NCBI GenBank assembly: GCA_017455945.1
Contig: JAFTLM010000039.1
Span: 1-33,959, forward strand
DNA: 33,959 nt
Source: Clostridia bacterium
Lineage (GTDB): Bacteria > Bacillota > Clostridia > Oscillospirales > CAG-272
Direction of reading: 5' to 3'
Below, in pieces: positions 25,685 to 33,885 of the stretch. The notes under the pieces were generated by a model. The model made no database searches and was not told the DNA's origin. It worked only from the letters and a program-made list of their open reading frames with translations. Position numbers and translations under genes: made by a program. Numbering within the stretch: position 1 is the stretch's first letter; the number at the start of each line of letters is the position of its first letter.

Positions 25685-26476
25685 ATGATTATCGGTGCAC
25701 AGTTTTATACACTCAGAAATTTTTGCAAGACAACAGAAGGTCTTGACGAGTCTCTTAAGAAGGTAGCCGATATGGGTTATACCGCAGTTCAGCTTTCGGG
25801 CGTTTGCGAGTATGACGCAGAGTGGGTTGCTGAGAGATGCCGTGAGTACGGTCTTAAGATCGTTATCACTCACTTCAACTACGATAAGATTCTCAATGAA
25901 ACAGATGCTACTATCGAGTTCCACAAAAAGATGGATTGCCCCTATATCGGTCTCGGTATGGCAAAGGGCGGTATGATGGACGATAGCTTTGATAAGTTCA
26001 TCGCTGAGATTCCCGAGGTTGTAGAGAAGATCTCCGCTGCAGGTCTTAAGTTTATGTACCATAACCACAACCACGAGTTCGCGATCAACCCCAAGACAGG
26101 CAATCGCTTCATCGATGACCTTTGCGCAGCTTACCCCGCGGATAAGCTTGGTATCACAATGGATACGTATTGGGTTCAAGCAGGCGGTGCTGACCCCGCA
26201 CAGTGGATTATGAAGCTTAAGGGCAGAAATAACGTCGTTCACTTCAAAGATATGAATATGTACCTCTACCGCGATGCTGACGGTAAGGCACAGCGCCAGA
26301 ACCGCATCGCTACTATCGGTGAGGGTAATATGAACTATGATGCAATCATCGAGGCTTGCCTTAAGGCAGACGTTGAGTACGGCTTTGTTGAGCTTGACGA
26401 CTGCTACGGAGCAGATCCCTTCGAGTGCATGAAGAAGAGCTACGACTTCCTTACAAGCAGATACGGCTTGAAGTAA
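25685..26476 (+). CDS. Second sugar phosphate isomerase/epimerase family protein (xylose-isomerase-like TIM barrel).
   Basis: The start is 4 nt after the previous stop, with an AAGGAG RBS. Motifs YHNHNHEF, MDTYW, VHFKD and VELDD. Confidence 0.75.
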   Translation: MIIGAQFYTLRNFCKTTEGLDESLKKVADMGYTAVQLSGVCEYDAEWVAERCREYGLKIVITHFNYDKILNETDATIEFHKKMDCPYIGLGMAKGGMMDDSFDKFIAEIPEVVEKISAAGLKFMYHNHNHEFAINPKTGNRFIDDLCAAYPADKLGITMDTYWVQAGGADPAQWIMKLKGRNNVVHFKDMNMYLYRDADGKAQRQNRIATIGEGNMNYDAIIEACLKADVEYGFVELDDCYGADPFECMKKSYDFLTSRYGLK

Positions 26477-26504
26477 TAAATAATTTGAAAGGAATTTACA
26501 TAAA

Positions 26505-27716
26505 ATGAAAAAGGTAAAACTTGGTATTATCGGTATGGGTAATATGGGTTCCACCCATATGAAGAACGTTCTCGCAGGCAAGTGCCCCGAGATCGATATC
26601 GCGGCTGTTTGTGATATTGACCCCGCGAGAATTGAGGCTGCAAAGGGTTTCTATAAGGACGCTGTTGAAAAGAACCCCGAAGCAAATATTCCCGAGGTTG
26701 CATATTTTGACGATGCAATCAAGATGATGGAGTCTGGAGTTGTTGATTCCGTTATCGTTGCAATCCCTCACTATGATCACCCCAAGTCCGTTATAGATGC
26801 TCTTAACCACGGTCTCCACGTTATCAGCGATAAGCCCGCAGGCGTTTATACACTTCAGGTAAAGGACATGATGGCAGAGGCTGAGAAGCATCCCGACCTC
26901 GTGTTCGGTATGATGTTCAACCAGAGAACAAACCACGTTTTCCGCAAGATGAAAGAGATCATCGCAAGCGGTGAGCTTGGTGAAATAAGAAGAACAAGCT
27001 GGATCATTACTAACTGGTACAGACCCCAGTACTACTATGATTCGGGTGCTTGGAGAGCAACCTGGAGCGGAGAAGGCGGCGGCGTTCTTCTTAACCAGTG
27101 TCCCCATAACCTTGACCTTTGGCAGTGGATCTGCGGTATGCCCGCAAAGATCGACGCTAAGCTTAAGTTCTGTAAGTGGCACGATATCGAGGTTGAGGAC
27201 GATGTAACAGCATACGCTGAATACGCAAACGGAGCAACGGGTACCTTCATCACAACCACCGGTGACGCTCCCGGTACAAACCGTTTCGAAATCGACTGCG
27301 ACGGCGGTAAGCTTGTTTGCGAAGACGCAAAGACACTTAAGATGTGGAAGAACGAAGTGTTCGAGTCTGAGTTCACAAAGACAACAACTTCCGCATTTGG
27401 AGCACCCAAGTGCCAGGTTATCGACGTTGAGACAGACGGTGAGAATCCTCAGCACGTAGGAGTATTCAACAAGTTCGCAGCAGCAGTTCTTCGCGGCGAG
27501 CCCCTTGTTGCTGACGGACGTGAGGGTATCAACGGACTTTCTATCTCCAACGCTATGCACCTTTCCGCATGGCAGGGCAGAGAAGTCTCCCTTCCTCTTT
27601 CCGATGCTGATGAAAAGGCATTCTACGATGAGCTTATGGCTCGCGTAAAGACCTCCAGACGTAAGGAAAACGTAGTTTCCTCCGTGGCTGATACTTCTTC
27701 CAGCTATAATAACTGA
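26505..27716 (+). CDS. Gfo/Idh/MocA family NAD(P)-dependent sugar oxidoreductase.
   Basis: N-terminal Rossmann segment KLGIIGMGNMGSTH, followed by DKP (VISDKPAG) and a C-terminal alpha/beta dimerisation domain. 403 aa. Confidence 0.85.
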   Translation: MKKVKLGIIGMGNMGSTHMKNVLAGKCPEIDIAAVCDIDPARIEAAKGFYKDAVEKNPEANIPEVAYFDDAIKMMESGVVDSVIVAIPHYDHPKSVIDALNHGLHVISDKPAGVYTLQVKDMMAEAEKHPDLVFGMMFNQRTNHVFRKMKEIIASGELGEIRRTSWIITNWYRPQYYYDSGAWRATWSGEGGGVLLNQCPHNLDLWQWICGMPAKIDAKLKFCKWHDIEVEDDVTAYAEYANGATGTFITTTGDAPGTNRFEIDCDGGKLVCEDAKTLKMWKNEVFESEFTKTTTSAFGAPKCQVIDVETDGENPQHVGVFNKFAAAVLRGEPLVADGREGINGLSISNAMHLSAWQGREVSLPLSDADEKAFYDELMARVKTSRRKENVVSSVADTSSSYNN

Positions 27717-27728
27717 TAGTGTTAAATA

Positions 27729-27755
27729 AAAAGGGCTGATTTTATCAGCCCTTTT
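27729..27755. terminator. Bidirectional terminator.
   Basis: Perfect 12-bp stem AAAAGGGCTGAT / ATCAGCCCTTTT with loop TTT, between convergent stops. Confidence 0.85.
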
Positions 27756-27756
27756 G

Positions 27757-28551
27757 CTATTTTTCTATATACCCGAGTCCCTCGTAAAAAATTCTTCCGT
27801 TTTCTGCGGCGGATTTTATTTTTACCGCCAGCGACGTGGTTGGTGTGCAATCTTCGAGTTGCTTACGTTTTATCCCCCACTTAAAAATATATCCCAACAG
27901 AGCGTCCGACGGGTCTTGCCGTGCGATTTTGAACAGATTTGCAAATTTTAAACTGTTGCTGTCTGGCACCAGAAACTCATCTAAAGATGTGTCAAGCAGC
28001 CATGAATGACAGGTGAAGAGGGAATAGTTGTATTCGGGAAAATACCGTTCAAAAAATCTTCTTGCGTTGTCTAAGGATTTTATACATTCTTCGGTGGAAA
28101 GCGGCTCGCCTTCGGGAATGTGCACCTCAATTATGTTATCGCCTTTCTGTAGTCCCTTTTCGGGTATGGAAAATTCTGATTTCGCTATGCAAAATTGCAG
28201 CCGTCCCAATTTGAAAAGCTTCATTTCAAGATGACGCTTTAGCCACTCAAGCTCGCCAAGATACAGTTCTCCCTTTATATCGCTCCAGGTTTTGGTCCAG
28301 GTTACAATATCTTTAAGTGTGTCAAGCAATATATTTTCGGGAAGGTTTTTGCTTTTGTATTTTTCTTTGAGGACATCGCAAAAATAAAGAAAATTTATAA
28401 GATTCTTTTTTCCGTTTTGCTCTTTTGTGTTATAACTTTCAACCGTTGCACCATCGTTTATCTTAATTTCATCAAGTGCACGGTCAAATTCTTTGTCCAT
28501 GCTTTGAGGAAAACCGAGCTTTGAATACCATTTTCTGATCGTGTTTTTCAT
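27757..28551 (-). CDS. Hypothetical protein, possibly of the GNAT-like acyltransferase-domain family (DUF5596 / GNAT_C type).
   Basis: RBS AAAGGAG. The motifs LGRLQF, EVHIPEG and FTCHSWLL match my recollection of that family. No search was run. Confidence 0.4.
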   Translation of the reverse strand: MKNTIRKWYSKLGFPQSMDKEFDRALDEIKINDGATVESYNTKEQNGKKNLINFLYFCDVLKEKYKSKNLPENILLDTLKDIVTWTKTWSDIKGELYLGELEWLKRHLEMKLFKLGRLQFCIAKSEFSIPEKGLQKGDNIIEVHIPEGEPLSTEECIKSLDNARRFFERYFPEYNYSLFTCHSWLLDTSLDEFLVPDSNSLKFANLFKIARQDPSDALLGYIFKWGIKRKQLEDCTPTTSLAVKIKSAAENGRIFYEGLGYIEK

Positions 28552-28602
28552 TGCAATGCTCCTTTGCGGTAATATTTTGTTATATGTTGAAAACTTTTGT
28601 TA

Positions 28603-28631
28603 TTGACATAATGTAATTGATGTGATAAAAT
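28603..28631 (+). promoter_or_regulatory. Sigma-A-type promoter with an extended -10, for the AraC-family gene.
   Basis: TTGACA (28603-28608), a 17-nt spacer, then TGATAAAAT with TAAAAT at 28626-28631. Confidence 0.55.
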
Positions 28632-28661
28632 CAATAAAAACACTATCAACGCGGAGGTTTT

Positions 28662-29513
28662 ATGGGCTGTCTGAATATTAAACAATCTGTTTCCGATGTT
28701 AGTCCAAAATTTCACATAGAAAAAATGGACAGCATTCACGGAACGGAAACGTATTTTTACCGTGACCATTTTCGTGTTTATTACGTGACACGAGGTTATA
28801 TTACCGTATCCTCCGACAGAGGTGAAAGTATGCGTCTCGGTTGCGGTGATATTTGCATTTTGCCGCCCGACGTAAAACACACCATACGTGCTAATACTTC
28901 AAGTGCAGAGCTTTACGTGTTTACTTTTTCAATAGACTTTGTCGAGCATATCTTGCAGCATCAGGCGGGAAGCGGCGGAATGCTTTCTTCACTGTTTAAC
29001 AGTGGTATGCCTACGGTTATCGCGCCTGTGCCCGCTGAGATGCAGATTCATTTGCAAAATCTCATGGAGTTTATGAGATATGAGTACGAGCAGGGAATAG
29101 GAGACTCGGAGCTTGCACTCAGAAATTGTCTCGCGACCGTTTTTTGCGTGTTTCTGGAGCTTTTGAGAGCGAAGAACGATATTCCGTCATTGCCCGATAA
29201 AAGCAGTATCGTCTATGCAATAGATTTTGTCAAATCAAATTATGAAAAAGAGATATCGGCTGAAGATATGGCAAAAATGATCTGTATGTCCAAGAAGGAG
29301 TTCCTTTTGCGATTCAAGGCGTTTTCGGGGCGTTCTTTCCACGATTTTCTCAATAAAACACGCGTTGAAAAGGCAATAGAAATATATAGGATAAACAAAG
29401 GGAAAATCAGCTTCTCGGAGCTTTCGTGGCTTTGCGGATACGAAAATTATGTTACTTTTTATCGGAATTTCATCAAATATACGGGGATTTCTCCCTCGGA
29501 ATTTGATAACTAA
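28662..29513 (+). CDS. AraC-family transcriptional regulator (cupin sensor domain plus dual helix-turn-helix).
   Basis: RBS GCGGAGG. The N-terminal cupin-like part includes GDICILPPDVKH. The C-terminal helix-turn-helix part reads SAEDMAKMICMSKKEFLLRFKAFSGRSFHDFLNKTRVEKA...LCGYENYVTFYRNFIKYTGISPSEF. Confidence 0.9.
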   Translation: MGCLNIKQSVSDVSPKFHIEKMDSIHGTETYFYRDHFRVYYVTRGYITVSSDRGESMRLGCGDICILPPDVKHTIRANTSSAELYVFTFSIDFVEHILQHQAGSGGMLSSLFNSGMPTVIAPVPAEMQIHLQNLMEFMRYEYEQGIGDSELALRNCLATVFCVFLELLRAKNDIPSLPDKSSIVYAIDFVKSNYEKEISAEDMAKMICMSKKEFLLRFKAFSGRSFHDFLNKTRVEKAIEIYRINKGKISFSELSWLCGYENYVTFYRNFIKYTGISPSEFDN

Positions 29514-29533
29514 AGGGGCAATAAGCCCCTTTT
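29512..29533. terminator. Compact bidirectional terminator overlapping both convergent stop codons.
   Basis: AAAGGGGC (29512-29519) pairs with GCCCCTTT (25-32), with loop AATAA. Confidence 0.6.
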
Positions 29534-30722
29534 ACTTTGCAAAATTGTTTTTTCTGTATATCCAGTTGCCGTTTGTGAAGTCCGGGAAGGGAATAGCTCC
29601 GCCCGTAGCCATAGATTGCTCGCTGAGAACGCTTATCGACATCCAGGTTGCCATATCGTAAACGTCTATTGGCATATCTTCGCCGTACTCGAGTGCTCTG
29701 AAAAGGTCGTCAAACTGAAGCGAATCAATGCCTCCGTGACCCTCTTTGCCGGGGTGATAGTCAACCCACAGCGGATGCTCGTATTTTCCATAGTAAAGGT
29801 TAATGTTACCCGATACCTCATCCCACATTTTGTGTCCCTTGTTGTCAGAGTCAAGATAAACACAGTTGGTGTCTTCGCTGATAAGCCCCCTTGTGCCCTG
29901 TGCAATAAATCCGCGGGCGTAGTATCTGGGCAGACAGGTGTCAAGTGTCAGACTGACTGTCTCGCCGTTCTGGCATTTTATAAGGGTAGAAACAACGTCC
30001 GATTGCATAAATTTCATTCCGTCAAGCTCGTCTATGCCGTTTTCTTTGGCGTAGTGCGAAAGTCCGACCGACTTTGAGCCTACCGAAATAAGAGACAAAA
30101 AGCGGTTTCCGCAGTTGATGTCAAGTAGCTTCGCAATAGGTCCTATGTCGTGAGTGGGATAATTGTCGGTGTTGCGGTGAATGTATTGGTCAAGGCGGTA
30201 GTGGCGCTTGCGCCAGCCTGTGCATATTTCCTCACGCATATCGTGGCGGTATGCACCCTCGCAGTGTACCATTTCACCAAGCAATCCCATGCGTCTCATG
30301 TTGAGCGCAAGAAGCTTGATTCGGTGATAACAAGCGTTTTCCAGCATGGTTACGGGCGTGTGTGTGCGCTCGTAACAGCGGATAAGCTCCCAAAGGCTTT
30401 CGATGCTGTACGCGCCGCCGACTTCGCTTGCGGCGATGACACCGCGCTCCATTGCGTACATACATATTTCTATGTGAGGAAGCCAGGAAGTGGATATAAC
30501 CACCATATCGGGATGTGAATCGTCGATACACTTTTTGTAGTCGGTAAACGTAAGCGGACGGTGTCTGCCGTCATCTTCAATTCGCTTTGCCATCGCCTCG
30601 CATCTGTCCTCGTATACGTCGCAAACAGATACTATGTCAACATATTCTCTGCGTTTGAGGGCATTGTAAAGACCTGCGGAACGCAAGCCCAAACCGATAA
30701 TTGCTATTTTGTAGTTTTTCAT
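29532..30722 (-). CDS. Gfo/Idh/MocA-fold NAD-dependent enzyme, GH109-like (candidate NAD-dependent glycosidase).
   Basis: Rossmann start YKIAIIGLGLRSAG, the motif EGHGGID, and the C-terminal FPDFTNGNW, which resembles the GH109 terminus as I recall it. Confidence 0.6.
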   Translation of the reverse strand: MKNYKIAIIGLGLRSAGLYNALKRREYVDIVSVCDVYEDRCEAMAKRIEDDGRHRPLTFTDYKKCIDDSHPDMVVISTSWLPHIEICMYAMERGVIAASEVGGAYSIESLWELIRCYERTHTPVTMLENACYHRIKLLALNMRRMGLLGEMVHCEGAYRHDMREEICTGWRKRHYRLDQYIHRNTDNYPTHDIGPIAKLLDINCGNRFLSLISVGSKSVGLSHYAKENGIDELDGMKFMQSDVVSTLIKCQNGETVSLTLDTCLPRYYARGFIAQGTRGLISEDTNCVYLDSDNKGHKMWDEVSGNINLYYGKYEHPLWVDYHPGKEGHGGIDSLQFDDLFRALEYGEDMPIDVYDMATWMSISVLSEQSMATGGAIPFPDFTNGNWIYRKNNFAK

Positions 30723-30740
30723 TTTTTATCTGCCTTTCTG

Positions 30741-31628
30741 TTATTTTTCAAGTGCCGGTATCCATAGTGTCTGACTGTCGGGAAGCGGAATGAAGCGAGT
30801 TATTTCCTCATTGCTCCTTCCCAAAAATCTCATAAAGTTTTTGTAGAAGATTTTCTCGCGCATCTTTTGAGGAATATCAAATTTATCAAAAAGTGCCGTG
30901 TCAATGGCAAGCCATTTTTTAGTCCACTCCGCACGGTAATTGTCGGTGCGGCAGTCAGTACCGTACATTATGTTGTTGGGAACGTCGTAGCCGACGGTAA
31001 ATAGTTTTCTGAACAACTCCTCTCGGTATATCTCGGGAGTTCCGGGAGTAAGGTCCACAAACATCTCAACGCTTTTTCCCGTTGTCAGTGCGTTTAAAAA
31101 CTTTCCGTATACGGCTATACATTCGTCTATCCAGGGCCAGGAACAGTGCGCCAGGGAAAAGCGAAGCCCATTAAGCTCTAAAAGCGCCTCCCAGTTTGCA
31201 GGGCGGTTGTACGCCGATGAGGGGGCACCGTCCCATAAAATTCCCGAATGGAACATTACAGGCTTGTCCAGTGCCGATATTTTTTCAAGCAAGTCCATAC
31301 ATTTGTTCTCGCCAACGTAAAAATTGTTGCATATTATCTTGAAGGCGGCTACCCCGGTGCCTGCGGCAGTGCTTATTTTGTCGAGTATACCTTCTTCGTC
31401 GGGGTGAATCCATAAAATAGGTATCAAGCGATCCTCGTAGCCCCTTGTCCAGTTTAATATTTCGGCAAGACGCGTTTCAAAGTCGCTCCCTGTTTCGGGC
31501 GACATTTCATAAGGCCTGTTTGAAATGACCGAACAGCCCCAAACACCCGCTTCGGAAAGCTGCGAAAGCAGACGTTCGGGGTTGGGAACGGTGTTTTTTG
31601 CGTGTACGTGCATATCGAAAATCTTCAT
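30741..31628 (-). CDS. Amidohydrolase-2-type metal-dependent hydrolase (TIM barrel).
   Basis: The MKIFDMHVHA start (HxH metal motif), with later FHSG and AHCSWPW histidines and a YGTDC aspartate. RBS AAGGA. Confidence 0.7.
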   Translation of the reverse strand: MKIFDMHVHAKNTVPNPERLLSQLSEAGVWGCSVISNRPYEMSPETGSDFETRLAEILNWTRGYEDRLIPILWIHPDEEGILDKISTAAGTGVAAFKIICNNFYVGENKCMDLLEKISALDKPVMFHSGILWDGAPSSAYNRPANWEALLELNGLRFSLAHCSWPWIDECIAVYGKFLNALTTGKSVEMFVDLTPGTPEIYREELFRKLFTVGYDVPNNIMYGTDCRTDNYRAEWTKKWLAIDTALFDKFDIPQKMREKIFYKNFMRFLGRSNEEITRFIPLPDSQTLWIPALEK

Positions 31629-31672
31629 ATTGACATCCTTTTTATCGCTTATTTGATTTCAGAGGTGACTTT

Positions 31673-31701
31673 ATTTTACCACAGCTTTCTCAATATTTCA
31701 A
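31673..31701 (-). promoter_or_regulatory. Sigma-A-type promoter with an extended -10, for the amidohydrolase / GH109-like operon.
   Basis: The minus strand reads TTGAAA, a 17-nt spacer, then TGGTAAAAT, about 45 nt upstream of the ATG at 31628. Confidence 0.55.
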
Positions 31702-31740
31702 TTACATTTGTTTTGTCCACATTGCATTTTGATGATTTGA

Positions 31741-31774
31741 ATATAAAAGTGCTGATTCAATGAATCAGCACTTT
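31741..31774 (-). terminator. Rho-independent terminator after the S1-domain gene.
   Basis: 14-bp stem AAAGTGCTGATTCA / TGAATCAGCACTTT, followed on the minus strand by TTTTATAT. Confidence 0.85.
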
Positions 31775-31778
31775 CGCG

Positions 31779-32735
31779 TCAAAAAATTGTCTCCACGTTT
31801 TTTTGCGAATTGTCGGGAGAGTATTTCCAATAGTCAATGTGTGTCGCTGTGCTTCCGTCAATAAAGTATTTTGGCGGAGCCTTTGTTACCTCACCCTTGT
31901 AGGTGTCTATAAGTACCAGCTTTATTTTCATTCTTTCGGGAATTATGCTCTTTATGTATACCGCACAAGGGTAGCCGATAAGCTCTGATAAAGTGGCGGC
32001 GTCATCTTCCGAGCGTATCTCCGCAAGTCCCGCAAGATTTGGAGTCAGCTCTATGAAAACACCGTAGCTCTCTATACTGCGTATGATTCCAGCCACGGTT
32101 TGCCCTACCTTGAATTCGTTGGCGTTTTCTTCCCAGGTTCCGAGCAGTTCGCGCTGAGTAAGGAAAACACGCCCCGATTTGGAGTCAATGCTTTTTATTG
32201 CCGCCCAAATGACCTCACCAACCGCCAAACGGTCCGATGGGTGCGATATCCTCGATACCGAGATGCAGTCGATTGAAAGCAGGGATATAAGCCCGCACCC
32301 GATGTCGGCAAAGGCACCGAAATTTTCAAGTCTCGTTATCTTGGCGCCTACTACGTCTCCGCTCTCTAACTGAGAGACGTAAGAAAAATAACAGTCTCGC
32401 TGTGCCTCCTTGCGTGACAGCCTGGCAATGCGAGTTCCGTTTTCTTCAAAAAAGCCCATAACCTTGAAACAGGTTGGCTTTCCCACTCGCGTGATTATGG
32501 CGATGTCTTTCGTGTCCTCTCCACAGGGTGAAAAGGTAGCGTCCTCGCGTTCTATAATTCCGGTGCTGCCGCAAAGATCAACGTAAAGCCGCATCTCGTT
32601 GTCGCAAAGAGCTACGGGTGCCTCCAGAATTTTTCCTTCAGCCATAGCGCGTTCAAGTCCCTGTGCGCTTGATATGTATTCTCTGTTTTCGGGAGTGGGA
32701 TAGAGCAATCCTTCGGGTTTGTACGAATTTAACAT
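31779..32735 (-). CDS. S1 RNA-binding domain protein (two S1/OB folds).
   Basis: GDVVGAKITRLENFGAFADIG...SVSRISHPSDRLAVGEVIWAAIKSID and GQTVAGIIRSIESYGVFIELTPNLAGLAE are S1 signatures. RBS AAGGAAGGA. Confidence 0.8.
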   Translation of the reverse strand: MLNSYKPEGLLYPTPENREYISSAQGLERAMAEGKILEAPVALCDNEMRLYVDLCGSTGIIEREDATFSPCGEDTKDIAIITRVGKPTCFKVMGFFEENGTRIARLSRKEAQRDCYFSYVSQLESGDVVGAKITRLENFGAFADIGCGLISLLSIDCISVSRISHPSDRLAVGEVIWAAIKSIDSKSGRVFLTQRELLGTWEENANEFKVGQTVAGIIRSIESYGVFIELTPNLAGLAEIRSEDDAATLSELIGYPCAVYIKSIIPERMKIKLVLIDTYKGEVTKAPPKYFIDGSTATHIDYWKYSPDNSQKNVETIF

Positions 32736-32888
32736 AATTGTTTAGTTCCTTCCTTGTTTTCGTCGTTGATACATTATATTTTTTTAGAACTCGAAATATG
32801 CTTGAATGAGAAAAAACGAGAAAATCGAAGAAAACGAGAGCTTCAATATAGCTAAATTAAATTATTTAAACTTTTTTCAAAAAAGGTA

Positions 32889-32917
32889 TTGACAATACAG
32901 TTGACTTGTGATATAAT
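32889..32917 (+). promoter_or_regulatory. Consensus sigma-A promoter with an extended -10 and an A/T-rich UP-like region, for rplM-rpsI.
   Basis: TTGACA (32889-32894), a 17-nt spacer, then TGATATAAT with TATAAT at 32912-32917. The upstream sequence is AAATTAAATTATTTAAACTTTTTTCAAAAAA. Confidence 0.75.
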
Positions 32918-32959
32918 ACACAGGTCAAAACCAAAAGAATGTAAAAAGGAGAAAACAAA

Positions 32960-33427
32960 ATGTCTACATTTATGGCTAAAGTTGCCCAGGGCAACAACCA
33001 GAACAAGGCTGCTGACGATAAGTCTATCGTAACACGCGGCTGGTATGTAATCGACGCAGCAGGCAAACCTCTCGGTAAGGTTGCAGTAGCAGCGGCAACA
33101 ATCCTTCGCGGTAAGCACCGCCCCGAGTTCACCCCCCACGTTGACTGCGGTGAGTTCGTAATCATCATCAATGCAGCACAGGCAGTTCTTACAGGAAAGA
33201 AGCTTGAGCAGAAGTACTATCGCCGTCACTCCGGTTATATCGGCGGTCTTAAGGAAGTACAGTATAAGACACTTATGGCAACAAAGCCCGAGCTTGCAAT
33301 GGAGCTTGCAGTAAAGGGAATGCTTCCTCACAATAAGATCGGTGATAAGTCTGCAACACGTCTTAAGGTATACGCAGGTGCAGACCACGGCCACGAGGCA
33401 CAGAAGCCCGTAGCACGCGAGATATAA
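32960..33427 (+). CDS. rplM: 50S ribosomal protein L13.
   Basis: [45 protein letters not shown] ... [22 protein letters not shown]. Confidence 0.95.
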   Translation: MSTFMAKVAQGNNQNKAADDKSIVTRGWYVIDAAGKPLGKVAVAAATILRGKHRPEFTPHVDCGEFVIIINAAQAVLTGKKLEQKYYRRHSGYIGGLKEVQYKTLMATKPELAMELAVKGMLPHNKIGDKSATRLKVYAGADHGHEAQKPVAREI

Positions 33428-33447
33428 GGAAAGGAAGGTAAAGTAAT

Positions 33448-33849
33448 ATGTATACAAGTGCAAAGCCTTATTTCTACGGTACAGGTAGAAGAAAGAAATC
33501 CGTTGCCCGTGTTCGCATCGTTCCCGGAACAGGCGTAATCACCATCAACGGAAGAGATATAGACGATTACTTCGGACTTGAGACACTCAAGCTCATCGTA
33601 AACCAGCCCTTCGGCGTAACAGGCACAGAGGGTAAGTTTGATATCATCGCTACAGTAGTAGGCGGCGGTATCTCCGGTCAGGCAGGCGCAATCCGCCACG
33701 GTCTTGCAAGAGCTCTTGTTTGCTCTGATGAAACACTCAGACCCGCTCTTAAGGCAGCAGGCTTCCTCCGCCGCGACCCCAGAATGAAGGAAAGAAAGAA
33801 GTACGGACTCAAGGGCGCTCGTCGTGCTCCTCAGTTCAGCAAGAGATAA
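33448..33849 (+). CDS. rpsI: 30S ribosomal protein S9.
   Basis: [16 protein letters not shown] ... [19 protein letters not shown] ... [26 protein letters not shown]. Confidence 0.95.
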   Translation: MYTSAKPYFYGTGRRKKSVARVRIVPGTGVITINGRDIDDYFGLETLKLIVNQPFGVTGTEGKFDIIATVVGGGISGQAGAIRHGLARALVCSDETLRPALKAAGFLRRDPRMKERKKYGLKGARRAPQFSKR

Positions 33850-33885
33850 CTTCTTATTTCTGCGGAAATTCAATTCAAAAAATTA

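Noticed and set aside
23873-27560. Four long consecutive minus-strand ORFs (321, 263, 305 and 354 aa) mirroring the plus-strand operon.
   Set aside because: The plus-strand products carry clear family motifs (SDR TGAGG/YSAAK, TIM-barrel metal motifs, the Gfo/Idh/MocA Rossmann segment) and have RBSs. The minus-strand translations are Cys-rich and low-complexity, with no RBS. Their openness is explained by the near absence of TTA, CTA and TCA codons in the strongly biased sense genes.
32918-32959. A ribosomal-protein leader RNA or other structured regulatory element upstream of rplM.
   Set aside because: The predicted leader is only about 35-40 nt, with no convincing stem-loop. That is too short for the known L13-leader-type structures.
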